This document shows, piece after piece, positions 1 through 8,676 of a stretch of DNA of 64,000 bases. A program made the translations under genes and the position numbers. Numbering within the stretch: the stretch's first letter is position 1; every line of letters starts with the position of its first letter. The DNA comes from Candidatus Omnitrophota bacterium (GTDB taxonomy: Bacteria; Omnitrophota; Gorgyraeia; Pluralincolimonadales; Pluralincolimonadaceae): the NCBI GenBank assembly GCA_028716565.1, contig JAQUPL010000003.1:1473-65472 (forward strand). The letters run 5' to 3'. The notes beneath the pieces are model-generated. The model had not been told where the DNA came from. It did no database searches and saw only the letters and a list, made by a program, of their open reading frames with translations.

Positions 1-2
1 CA

Positions 3-128
3 AATGAATTAGAAAATGAAAAGTTAAAACAATTAGATGGAGTTATCGGCTTGGGGAAAAACGTACTTCCTGACATTGATAAGTGTTTAGGCATCTTGAA
101 TAGGGCCATAGAAAATCAAACCGAATAA
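3..128 (+). CDS. 3' end of an upstream gene (partial), product unknown
   Basis: Open frame from the window edge to TAA at 126-128. Low GC like the rest of the island. No motif recognised. Confidence 0.25.
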   Translation, partial: NELENEKLKQLDGVIGLGKNVLPDIDKCLGILNRAIENQTE

Positions 129-175
129 AATTTAGCAGTATCATGTTGAAAAGTTTTTGAAAGGCAAAATCGGAT

Positions 176-1945
176 ATGGAAAACGATAGAAATTATAAAG
201 GTGCGTTACGCCTTGATTGGATAAATAAGAGCCTTTCGCTCTATTACGAGATTGACGAAAAAGAAGGGAAAGGTGTTCGGCCAGTTTGGGTGGCAAGAAA
301 TGACATCCGCGTTGCCGAACCACGCATTTTAAAGTTTCAAAAACACTACGGTGATGTAAAGAGCGAGAATGTGCTTATAAAAGGCGATAACCTTTTAGTC
401 CTTCGGAGTTTAGTTGAAATGTTTAAGGGCCGGCCGGACAAAGAAAAAGTGAAGTGTATTTATATTGATCCGCCATTTAATACCGGCAACGCTTTTAAGT
501 ATTATGATGATAACCTTCGACATTCTGAATGGTTAACAATGATGAGGGACCGTTTATATCTTTTGCGCAAGTTGATGAAAAAAGACGGGGTCATCTTCGT
601 AAATATCGACAACGACGAATTGCATTATCTTAAAGTTATAATGGATGAAATTTTCGGTAGAGAAAATTACATCACGACGGTTGCAATGAAAGCAAAGGCC
701 CCATCCGGCGTAGCGACTGGAAGCATGATTTTTGACGTCTCTCAATACCTACTTTGTTATCGTGGACCGCAGAAGCCAAAAGTTTATAAAAATAAAATCA
801 TTAAAGAAATTATTGATGAATCATCAAAAACAGCTGAACAGTATAGCTTACTTTTTGTAGATGAAGGGAAACAAGGAAAAGTCGTTAATGAATTGAAAAC
901 TAAAAGTGGGAATGTAATAAAAATAAAAAAACATACGAATTATAAAATTAAAAGAATTTCTAATGGAGAAAAGAACGTTGCCTGCTACTTAAAGAATTTT
1001 GATAAAATCTTCAGGACAGCAACTCTCTCCGGTGGGATCGAAAAACAGATAAAAAAACTCATACCTGACAGTGGCCTCTATTCATACATTCATGTGCCGA
1101 ACAAAGGAAAGTATGCTGATATTCCAACAAAGTATTATGTTTATAATAAAGAAGGTGTTTTATTTTTGAAAGAGGTTGCCGAAATTGCTGAAATTGAAGA
1201 CGAGAAAGGCGATTTAGCAAAAGTTCCAGCAAAACTAGAGTTAGTCAGTAATATATTTACAGATGATTTGTGGCAAGGTATTTCGGGAGAAGGCGATGTT
1301 GAGTTTCAGCAAAACAAAAAACCAGAGAAATTGATTCAGCGTTTATTAGAGTTAGTAACGTGTAAGGATGATTTAGTATTAGATATTTTTGCCGGCTCTG
1401 GAACAACCGCAGCGGTAGCGCATAAACTTGGCCGGCGCTGGATAACTGTAGAAATTGGCAGACAAGCAGAAGAGTTAATCATTCCTCGTCTTTTAAGAGT
1501 TGTTAATGGAAAAGATCAGACTGGGATTAGCAAAGATATAAATTGGAAAGGCCAAGGTGGTTTTAAGTACTATCAGCTCGGGGAAAGTGTAATACACGAA
1601 CATGACATGAACTGGGCTCTGAAGTCAGGGGAAATGGCGGAAGCTATCTTTTTGCATTTTCAATATAGACCCGTGAAAGCAGATTGGCTGAAAAATGAAA
1701 ATATGCATCTAGGCAAACATCAATCGGCCCGTTATAACTTTGCCCTTGCCTTTGCTTCAAGTAAAATTGAGACATTAACGGAAGATTTATACGAAACAAT
1801 TGTTATTGAGTTGGCTAAGGAGAAATTCAAGCATTTAACAATTTTTACCAATGTTGCAGTTTCTGTGCCTCCGGCGTCGCTTGACGAGCGTATTTTGATA
1901 AAGAAAATACCGGCAGCAATTTTGAGAGAATACAATTTGCTATGA
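176..1945 (+). CDS. mod: Type III R-M methyltransferase (Mod), beta-class N6-adenine MTase
   Basis: 589 aa. Motif IV IYIDPPFNTG lies near the N-terminus and motif I VLDIFAGSGTTAAVA near the C-terminus, with a variable (TRD) region between them. Stop overlaps the res start (ATGA). Confidence 0.8.
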   Translation: MENDRNYKGALRLDWINKSLSLYYEIDEKEGKGVRPVWVARNDIRVAEPRILKFQKHYGDVKSENVLIKGDNLLVLRSLVEMFKGRPDKEKVKCIYIDPPFNTGNAFKYYDDNLRHSEWLTMMRDRLYLLRKLMKKDGVIFVNIDNDELHYLKVIMDEIFGRENYITTVAMKAKAPSGVATGSMIFDVSQYLLCYRGPQKPKVYKNKIIKEIIDESSKTAEQYSLLFVDEGKQGKVVNELKTKSGNVIKIKKHTNYKIKRISNGEKNVACYLKNFDKIFRTATLSGGIEKQIKKLIPDSGLYSYIHVPNKGKYADIPTKYYVYNKEGVLFLKEVAEIAEIEDEKGDLAKVPAKLELVSNIFTDDLWQGISGEGDVEFQQNKKPEKLIQRLLELVTCKDDLVLDIFAGSGTTAAVAHKLGRRWITVEIGRQAEELIIPRLLRVVNGKDQTGISKDINWKGQGGFKYYQLGESVIHEHDMNWALKSGEMAEAIFLHFQYRPVKADWLKNENMHLGKHQSARYNFALAFASSKIETLTEDLYETIVIELAKEKFKHLTIFTNVAVSVPPASLDERILIKKIPAAILREYNLL

Positions 1946-4662
1946 AAACTAAATCGCAAACATTTTATGACTTAGTAAGTCAGGATCAGCAATACAAAAT
2001 CGCTATTGGTTCGCCGTCGCCAAAAACAATTGAAAATTACGATAAAATACAGCACTTGCTCAAGTTCGCCCTACGTCCTTATCAAATAGAAGCATTGAGC
2101 GCATTTCAGCTTTTTTGGAAAAATGGCTTTGACAGCCGGAGCTTAAAACAAAAGACTCTTCAACAAGAGAAAAATAATGAAGGCAAACTTGTAGAATGGC
2201 ATAAAGTTGGCTTTGAAATGGCAACCGGATCCGGCAAAACGCTTCTTATGGGCGCAATAATTTTGGATTTGTATCACAAAGGATTTAAGGATTTTCTCAT
2301 TTTGACCCCAAACACAATTTTATTTGATAAGACGATCGAAAACTTTACCCCTCGCGCGGTGAAAAGTATTTTTGGGGACGGCTGGAATTTAACCTACAAC
2401 TTAGTAAGTGGCAATTCATATCGGGACAAAACCTGCAACTACGAGGAAGATCGCGACATTTCATTCTATGTGTTTAATATGCAGAAGTTTTATGACAAAA
2501 CCGCTTCGTCAGGGCAAAAGGATGGCGAAGATACAATGAAAGGCACTCCGTATGTGCGCCGTCCGCTTGAGGATTCGTTGTGGCGTGATAAGAGTGGAAA
2601 TCATACCATTTCGTTTGTAGAATTTTTGCGCGAACGCCGGCCGGTTATTATTTCCGACGAAGCACATCACTATCAACAAAAGCAAACTACAGAAGCCATT
2701 TTTGAGTTTTTGCCGGGGATAGTGCTTGAATTTACCGCAACATCGCTTGAAAAAGGTGGAAGCGAAAGTTTTGGGCAAGATAATCTCTACAAGTATCCAA
2801 TGCAGAGATACATCAATGAGAGATACGGCAAGAGAATTTTTGCCGTCGGTTGCGGAACAGGCGACGATAAAACGCCGGATATAGTAACTGATAGTGATAA
2901 GCAAAAGTTGGTGTGGGGCATGTTAATACACTTGCTTAAATACGAGGCGCTTTCGGCTGTAAATGCTCCAGTGAAAAAAGCAATGTTGCTTACCAGGGCG
3001 AGATCAATCAAGCATGCGGATGCAATTGATATTTATCTCCGAAACTGGCCGGCTTCAACAGGAAACGAGATCGAAGATGTATTAGAGCAAGTTAACAGAG
3101 AAGGAACGGATATCGCTAAAATTGTTAGACAATATATGCCCAAGAAAAAAACGGAGCTAATTGAAAAATTAACGCGAATAGCAAAATCAGTTTTTACCAT
3201 TCATAGCGAAAACAAAAGCCAAGAAGAGGTTTTGGCAGATTACCAGTCGCTTGATGACAACGAAACGGAGATTGTTAATCAAGTTCGCATATTTACTGAA
3301 GGTGTTGATTATGACAATTTTTATACGATTGTAGTTTTGGGCGATACTGTTCAAAAAGTTGGACTTGTAGCAGCTCAACTTATCGGTCGCGGGTTGCGGC
3401 TTTATAAAGAAAAGCGAGAATTTGATGTTTTAGGACATGATTTGAAAGAGCAGAGCGAAATTTTACATGTGATTTGTGAACGTGGTCATCGGTTCGACCA
3501 GATCGTTAATGAAATAAGGCAGAATCTTCAGTTGTCAACATTAACCATAGAAATACCAACTGAGGAGGAAGACCGAGAAAACAAAGTTAATCGAAAGATT
3601 ATCGATGACTACGAAATCCCAATTTTACAAATCAAGCCAATCGCTACTGGAAAAAGTTTTGAGGACGCATTAAAAGATAAATCACTCAGCATTGCGGCGT
3701 TTATAGACGAAGTGTGTGTAGTTTTAAAGGGCGAAAAAGTTTTGAAGCCAGAAGTTTTGGCGATGGTAGATTATGCCGAGATTACAGCAGATGAAATTAC
3801 ATTGCAAGGAGACAAACCGAAGACAACTCGACGAACAATAGCTTTAGCAAAAACTGATATTGCGCATTGGGCATTAGATTTTATTGAGCAAACGGGATCA
3901 TTTATAGGAAATAATTCTTTTAACACGGCAAAGAAACTGATCGAAGCAATAACCAACTCTGGAATACAGGTTGATACCGCTTACGGTATTGATTATAAGC
4001 GTGCACTCAAGGCATTAAAGAAAAGCATTATTTGGTTTTATGGAAAAAAATCATTCGAAATTATGTTCAAAGGTCAATTCAATTTCCAGAAGAAGAACGT
4101 GAAGAATATTTTTATGGACGAGATAATTACAGTGCGTAAACGAGATGGATTAACGATGAATTTAATTCCATCTCATCAGCCGATGTCTTCACACCTGCAA
4201 CAAAAAGGAATTATCGTTGAAGGGTATAAATATTCTGTTAGGCCATATGTAAAGTTTGATTCTCCACCAGAAAAATGGGTTGCTGATGCACTCGAACATC
4301 TTTGTGAGTTGGATAAAAAGAAAAAAAGCTTTTGGGTCAGAAATGAACCAAAGACTGAATACTCCGTTGAAGTAAAGCCAGCTCCATTTTATCCCGATTT
4401 TCTTGCGTTTATTGGCGGAAAATGGATTATCGTTGACGTAAAAGGTAAACATCTTGCAGAAGGAAAACAGATTGACGATCGTAAGAAGGCCCTAAAGCTT
4501 TTGGACAAAAAAGGCGGTATTAAAACTTTTTTCCTTGTTGATAACGTTATGGAAAATAAAGGCTTCAAAGCAGTCGAAATTGCGACTGTTAATGATTTTG
4601 AAGGATTTGATGAATTGCGGCATGAAGAACTTAGCATTGAGGAATTTATCAAAAAGATGTGA
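1942..4662 (+). CDS. res: Type III restriction enzyme Res subunit (SF2 helicase plus C-terminal PD-(D/E)xK nuclease)
   Basis: 906 aa. Walker A EMATGSGKTLLMG, DEAH box ISDEAHHY, C-terminal YPDF...IIVDVKGK nuclease-like core. Translationally coupled to mod. Confidence 0.8.
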   Translation: MKTKSQTFYDLVSQDQQYKIAIGSPSPKTIENYDKIQHLLKFALRPYQIEALSAFQLFWKNGFDSRSLKQKTLQQEKNNEGKLVEWHKVGFEMATGSGKTLLMGAIILDLYHKGFKDFLILTPNTILFDKTIENFTPRAVKSIFGDGWNLTYNLVSGNSYRDKTCNYEEDRDISFYVFNMQKFYDKTASSGQKDGEDTMKGTPYVRRPLEDSLWRDKSGNHTISFVEFLRERRPVIISDEAHHYQQKQTTEAIFEFLPGIVLEFTATSLEKGGSESFGQDNLYKYPMQRYINERYGKRIFAVGCGTGDDKTPDIVTDSDKQKLVWGMLIHLLKYEALSAVNAPVKKAMLLTRARSIKHADAIDIYLRNWPASTGNEIEDVLEQVNREGTDIAKIVRQYMPKKKTELIEKLTRIAKSVFTIHSENKSQEEVLADYQSLDDNETEIVNQVRIFTEGVDYDNFYTIVVLGDTVQKVGLVAAQLIGRGLRLYKEKREFDVLGHDLKEQSEILHVICERGHRFDQIVNEIRQNLQLSTLTIEIPTEEEDRENKVNRKIIDDYEIPILQIKPIATGKSFEDALKDKSLSIAAFIDEVCVVLKGEKVLKPEVLAMVDYAEITADEITLQGDKPKTTRRTIALAKTDIAHWALDFIEQTGSFIGNNSFNTAKKLIEAITNSGIQVDTAYGIDYKRALKALKKSIIWFYGKKSFEIMFKGQFNFQKKNVKNIFMDEIITVRKRDGLTMNLIPSHQPMSSHLQQKGIIVEGYKYSVRPYVKFDSPPEKWVADALEHLCELDKKKKSFWVRNEPKTEYSVEVKPAPFYPDFLAFIGGKWIIVDVKGKHLAEGKQIDDRKKALKLLDKKGGIKTFFLVDNVMENKGFKAVEIATVNDFEGFDELRHEELSIEEFIKKM

Positions 4663-4684
4663 GGAAGAGAGGAAAAACAAAGAA

Positions 4685-5413
4685 ATGACTTTAAACAAAA
4701 GGAATGATTATGGTGATTATCAGTTCGGCCAAGCTGATAAAGGCAATTCTCTGACAAAAGCAACGGATTTCGTCAAAGAAATCGTAAAGGATGCATCTCC
4801 TTTTTTGGATGCCTGCGAATATTATAATTCTGAAAAAAAACTAGGTAAAGCTCCTGCGGTTGAATTGCCAGGCGGCAAACTTGTTATCGCCCCAGATGTT
4901 ATTTGCCGAACAAAAAAGGGAAATATTTTTTGGATTGAAGCAAAAGATAAATCTCAAAGATTCTACAAACCCGACACAGGAGCTGATCTTTTTCAAGTGT
5001 ATGGTTGGTATAAGGTTTGGTCTAAGTTAAATCAGCCAGTATTTATAGTTTTTAAAGACCCTGATTTTGATTCATGTTTGCCAAGAAAAACTGTAGATCG
5101 AAAATTGGTCGAGACCTTTAAAAAGCGCTGGGAATTGTTTAAAGGGAGACCTTATGGTGGCTGGTTAAACACATTACTTGTACTCCAAGAACAATATCCT
5201 CAGATTTTCGCTGAAAGATCAAGAGATATTCCCATGTTTATTTTCTATTTCCTCGTTTATTTAATGCAAGGCAATATTACTTGGGAGAAAATAATTAACG
5301 ATTTAGACAGCGACACTATTGGTGACATCCAAAAGGAAATTAGCGCTTATTTTGAGGGAAGATTGATAAATGAAAATGAAATTGAAGCGAAAATAAAAGA
5401 ACTTTTTTCTTAA
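4685..5413 (+). CDS. Hypothetical protein with Hjc/YraN-like PD-(D/E)xK core (cassette gene A)
   Basis: ATG at 4685 is preceded by GAGGAAGAGAGG. Ordered E (VELPGG) ... PD (IAPDVI) ... IFWIEAKDKS. The 292-aa ORF-track start at 4535 overlaps res and is probably too far upstream. Confidence 0.5.
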   Translation: MTLNKRNDYGDYQFGQADKGNSLTKATDFVKEIVKDASPFLDACEYYNSEKKLGKAPAVELPGGKLVIAPDVICRTKKGNIFWIEAKDKSQRFYKPDTGADLFQVYGWYKVWSKLNQPVFIVFKDPDFDSCLPRKTVDRKLVETFKKRWELFKGRPYGGWLNTLLVLQEQYPQIFAERSRDIPMFIFYFLVYLMQGNITWEKIINDLDSDTIGDIQKEISAYFEGRLINENEIEAKIKELFS

Positions 5414-5499
5414 AATGTACGTTCAAAACAAAGCGAATAACACCCCTTATCAAAGTCTTTTCATAAGAGCTTTTTTCTCTCATTTAAAATATAGGGTAA

Positions 5500-6312
5500 A
5501 TGCCGGCACGCATGGCACTGAGAAAAACAAGAAACGTGTCTATGGATAAGTATGTTACCAGCAAGACGGGCGTTAAGGTTTATAGGGATTATCGCGATCA
5601 GGTAACGATAGATAAAGACAACCCACTTCTTAAGACTAAAGCAAGCCTACCGAGAGAAACCTATAACAGAGGAATCATAAAAGGACTATCCAGATTCGGT
5701 AGTGAGAATAGTGAAGACATCAAGACTTGGAATGTATTTAGATCGCTACAATTGAATAAAAACATGAAAAAGTATTATGGATTGATAGGCTTGCAGGATG
5801 ATTGTGAGAGAATGCTATTCTGGGGGATGGATGCTGATACCTGCAAATTCGACAAAGACTTAAAATCGGTTCTTGATAAAATAGAACCGCCTACATTATG
5901 GACCGTGCAACAGACAGAGCCAGATGTTGTGATTATAGGAAAGAATTCAGTTGTATTTAATGAGTCAAAGCTAGGCAAGCCCGAGGCTAATATCGATGCG
6001 TGGAACCGCAAAGATGAGTTTTCAGATAAGCATAAGCTTTATAGAAAGAATGCCGAAAAATACTTTAAGAAAAGTTTTATAAATGACTTCGATTTACAGG
6101 GTAGGAGGTTTTATCAATTGGTCCGTAATTACATAATAGGCTCAAGTTTTGCTGAAAAATTAAATAAAAAGTTTTATTTAACGACTTTGGTTAGCAAAGA
6201 CAATAAGGCGATAAGTGGCCTATCCCACAAGGCAGAATTTGATCTGTTTTGCTCAAACTTGCAAGGTAGCTCTACTTGCTATTTATTGACTTGGGACCAA
6301 TTGGATAGTTAG
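5500..6312 (+). CDS. Hypothetical protein with second PD-(D/E)xK-like core (cassette gene B)
   Basis: 270 aa. TEPDVVIIGKNSVVFNESKLGK gives D...ExK. Start uncertain; alternative ATGs at 5512 and 5542. Confidence 0.45.
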   Translation: MPARMALRKTRNVSMDKYVTSKTGVKVYRDYRDQVTIDKDNPLLKTKASLPRETYNRGIIKGLSRFGSENSEDIKTWNVFRSLQLNKNMKKYYGLIGLQDDCERMLFWGMDADTCKFDKDLKSVLDKIEPPTLWTVQQTEPDVVIIGKNSVVFNESKLGKPEANIDAWNRKDEFSDKHKLYRKNAEKYFKKSFINDFDLQGRRFYQLVRNYIIGSSFAEKLNKKFYLTTLVSKDNKAISGLSHKAEFDLFCSNLQGSSTCYLLTWDQLDS

Positions 6313-6383
6313 TTCGGGAAAACTTAGAGCGATCCAAGAGATGCCAGCGCGTAATAAATATTCTGCGTGGACGTGAGGAAGAA

Positions 6384-7124
6384 GTGAGGAAATCTCCAAA
6401 CAATAGCAGATACTTGAGGATAGATACTCGACCATTTTGGCGTACTGTCATTGTCTATACAGAAAAGGAAAAGAAAGAGATTCAGGCATATTTCCCAAAG
6501 GAAAAGCAAAAGGTTGCTCTGAAGGAAACTGCAGAGCATGTTTCTACATTGGTTAGATGGTTGAGCCCGGATATAACCCTAAAAAATATTAAACGTAAGG
6601 AAAGCGTCCAGCAGTTGCAGGCATTACATGATCATCTGCAGTCTTTAGAAAATACATTGCAAGCTTATTTACAGCAAGGCTCACATCAAAATACAATTAA
6701 GCTTAAGCAGCAATTTTATAGTTTTATTCATCCGGAATACCCCCAGATAACATTGCAGACATTAAACGATTTAATTTTGTATCTTAAATTAGCATGTAAA
6801 GAAGTTATGAAAAATCCCGGAAAACCTGGATGGAAAGATCAGAGCTATCATGAAGCCGTTGAGAACTTAGCTGCCGTTTGGAAGAACCATACCAATAAGG
6901 AGCCCAAGCTCCAAAATAAGTGCTATAAAGTTGACGAATATCAAAATAGTCAAAAGACGTGCGGGCCGTTTCTGGACTATCTCAATATCTCCATTAAATC
7001 CGCTATTTGTCATGCCAATAAACAGCGTAGAAAAAAAATCTCCCTAAATGTAAGTCTTGCCAATGTCGCCAGAGATGTCATTCGTTGCCGGAAAAAATCT
7101 ATGGCGGAAATCTCTTCAAAATAG
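6384..7124 (+). CDS. Hypothetical protein (cassette gene C), basic C-terminal tail
   Basis: 246 aa. GTG start inside the duplicated GTGAGGAAgaaGTGAGGAA. No motif recognised. Low GC, same strand and spacing as A and B. Confidence 0.4.
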   Translation: MRKSPNNSRYLRIDTRPFWRTVIVYTEKEKKEIQAYFPKEKQKVALKETAEHVSTLVRWLSPDITLKNIKRKESVQQLQALHDHLQSLENTLQAYLQQGSHQNTIKLKQQFYSFIHPEYPQITLQTLNDLILYLKLACKEVMKNPGKPGWKDQSYHEAVENLAAVWKNHTNKEPKLQNKCYKVDEYQNSQKTCGPFLDYLNISIKSAICHANKQRRKKISLNVSLANVARDVIRCRKKSMAEISSK

Positions 7125-7195
7125 CCCAAAAATCTCCATAAGCGTTATTAACGTCTTCACGCTATACTCTGCCTTATAAAGAAGAGGTAACGAAA

Positions 7196-7513
7196 ATGAA
7201 GACGTTAATATCAATCTCCGAAATCCAAATCATTCCAGTTAAACCAAATAACGGTCTCATAGCATTTGCCTCCTGCGTAGTAAATAATCAATTCTACATA
7301 GGCAATATTGCAATCTACACTTCTTTATCAAGTCAAGCCGGTTATAGGCTAGTCTATCCCACCAAAGTTTTACCTAACGGAAAGGCCTTAAGCTGTATTT
7401 ATCCTATTAACAAGATTGTAGGTAGCGCCGTACAGGAGGCTATTATAAATAAATATGAAGACTTGATGAAAAAGGTGGTGGGAAAGAATGAAGCGATTAA
7501 CGCCGGCTTGTAG
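7196..7513 (+). CDS. spoVG: SpoVG-family nucleic-acid-binding protein
   Basis: 105 aa. The pattern IQIIPVKPNNGLIAFASCVVNNQFYIGNIAIY...LPNGKALSCIYPINKIVGSAVQEAIINKY matches the SpoVG core (V..G..AfAS....N.F.I..I...nG...PIN...Q.AI...Y). RBS AAGAGG precedes it. Confidence 0.6.
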   Translation: MKTLISISEIQIIPVKPNNGLIAFASCVVNNQFYIGNIAIYTSLSSQAGYRLVYPTKVLPNGKALSCIYPINKIVGSAVQEAIINKYEDLMKKVVGKNEAINAGL

Positions 7514-7943
7514 ATCGTTTTTGTACTATTTAATGAATCAATATACTTACTTCAGTAAAAATGGGAAGTTGGCGGGAGATGGGTCATTTTTTAAAGCAGA
7601 CTCTGAAGCGGCAGGGTATTTGGGTGTATGCCCAAGAACAATCAAAAGGTGCAGAGGTCACTTAAAGGAGATAGGTAAAATAAAAGCCGCAGAGGGTAAA
7701 TGGAGTGGTAATGCCACACGATATTGGCTATTAGAAAAGGATGACAAAATGTCACCCTTTCAGTCAGGCATAAAGGACGACAAATTGTCCGCAAAGGTTG
7801 ACAAATTGTCCAATAAAGGGTGTCAAAATGTTACCCCAAATAAAGAAAAGAAAGAGATAAATCAAGAGACATTAAATGATCTTCAAATACAAGAAATGCA
7901 CAATGCATTTCAAGAAACTATCAAAAAATCTTTCTCCAAATAA
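7488..7943 (+). CDS. RepA_N-like replication initiator / winged-helix DNA-binding protein
   Basis: N-terminus FLYYLMNQYTYFSKNGKL...GSFFKADSEAAGYLGVCPRTIKRCRGHLKEIGKI fits the RepA_N pattern (KNGW.DENG.VYI.FT.EEL...LGIS..TV.KA.KELEE.GLI). RBS GGTGG. Followed by an iteron-like region. Confidence 0.5.
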   Translation: MKRLTPACRSFLYYLMNQYTYFSKNGKLAGDGSFFKADSEAAGYLGVCPRTIKRCRGHLKEIGKIKAAEGKWSGNATRYWLLEKDDKMSPFQSGIKDDKLSAKVDKLSNKGCQNVTPNKEKKEINQETLNDLQIQEMHNAFQETIKKSFSK

Positions 7944-7958
7944 AGGAGGTTCGTCAAA

Positions 7959-8147
7959 ATGAAATCATTAACGCCGATAAAGGCGATTAGAGCCAAATGC
8001 CTTATCTGCTCAGCGCAGCAACCATCAGAGGTCCGTAACTGCGTGATATTAGACTGCCCTTTATTTCACTACAGGTTTGGCAAGAACCCAAATAGGGGTG
8101 GCATAGGGGGCCAAACTTCAATTCCTGTACAGGAAAACAGTAGCTGA
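7959..8147 (+). CDS. Small Zn-ribbon protein (CxxC...CxxxxC)
   Basis: 62 aa with CLIC...CVILDC. RBS AAGGAGG lies 7 nt upstream. Confidence 0.4.
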   Translation: MKSLTPIKAIRAKCLICSAQQPSEVRNCVILDCPLFHYRFGKNPNRGGIGGQTSIPVQENSS

Positions 8148-8149
8148 GT

Positions 8150-8375
8150 AGGGGTTATTGGCCGGAAGCCAGCAGAAGCATATCTGGCTAACCCTAAAAG
8201 TATCAATTTGAATATACGTGCGTGAGTGCGTAAAAAATGAGGGAAATAGGCAATATAAAAAAGGTAACAAGGTAATGAAGGTAATGTATATAAAAAGGTA
8301 AGAAAGTAATGTGAAATAAGGTAAAAAGGTTCGAAAGGTTCGGTAAATGCACCTAAAAAGCAGGAAACCCAAGCT
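8150..8375. repeat. AT-rich iteron-like direct-repeat block (AAGGTAA x6, AAAGGTTCG x2, GTGCGT x2)
   Basis: Seen directly: AAGGTAAcAAGGTAATGAAGGTAATG...AAGGTAAG...AAGTAATG...AAGGTAAAAAGGTTCGAAAGGTTCGG, and GTGCGTGAGTGCGT at 8218-8231. Non-coding, between the Zn-ribbon gene and xis. Confidence 0.5.
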
Positions 8376-8405
8376 TAAATGGCAGGGAATGGAAGCATAG
8401 GTTAT

Positions 8406-8591
8406 ATGGAAAAACGATTTTTAGGCATGGAAGAAGCTTCTGAATACTTAGGCTTAACCAAGGGGACTCTCTATGGCTGGGTTTGCCACAAGAAGATCCC
8501 TTACTTAAAAATAGGCCGACTGGTAAAGTTTGATCTGCGCGAGATAGAGGCCTGGCTTAAAGACAGGAGGGTAAAAAGTGTCGAATTATAG
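8406..8591 (+). CDS. xis: Excisionase / AlpA-type HTH DNA-binding protein
   Basis: EASEYLGLTKGTLYGWVCHKKIPYLKIGRLVKFDLREIEAWL matches the excisionase-family HTH. Alternative starts at 8379 and 8427. Confidence 0.6.
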   Translation: MEKRFLGMEEASEYLGLTKGTLYGWVCHKKIPYLKIGRLVKFDLREIEAWLKDRRVKSVEL

Positions 8592-8676
8592 CTTGACTTC
8601 CCCCTCACTTCAGGGTAGTCTTGTGACTGACGGCTATACTATAACACATTGAAATACAATAGGTTATATCAAAAAT

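Noticed and set aside
921-934. A7 tracts in mod (and at 4319-4327 in res) as phase-variation simple-sequence repeats
   Set aside because: Seven adenines in a 35% GC gene is within chance expectation, and no longer tracts or tetra- or pentanucleotide repeats are present. The tracts are kept only as a note.
8150-8375. AAGGTAA repeat block considered as a CRISPR array
   Set aside because: The repeats are 7-9 nt and irregularly spaced, with no repeat-spacer periodicity of 25-40 nt and no cas genes. They fit iterons.
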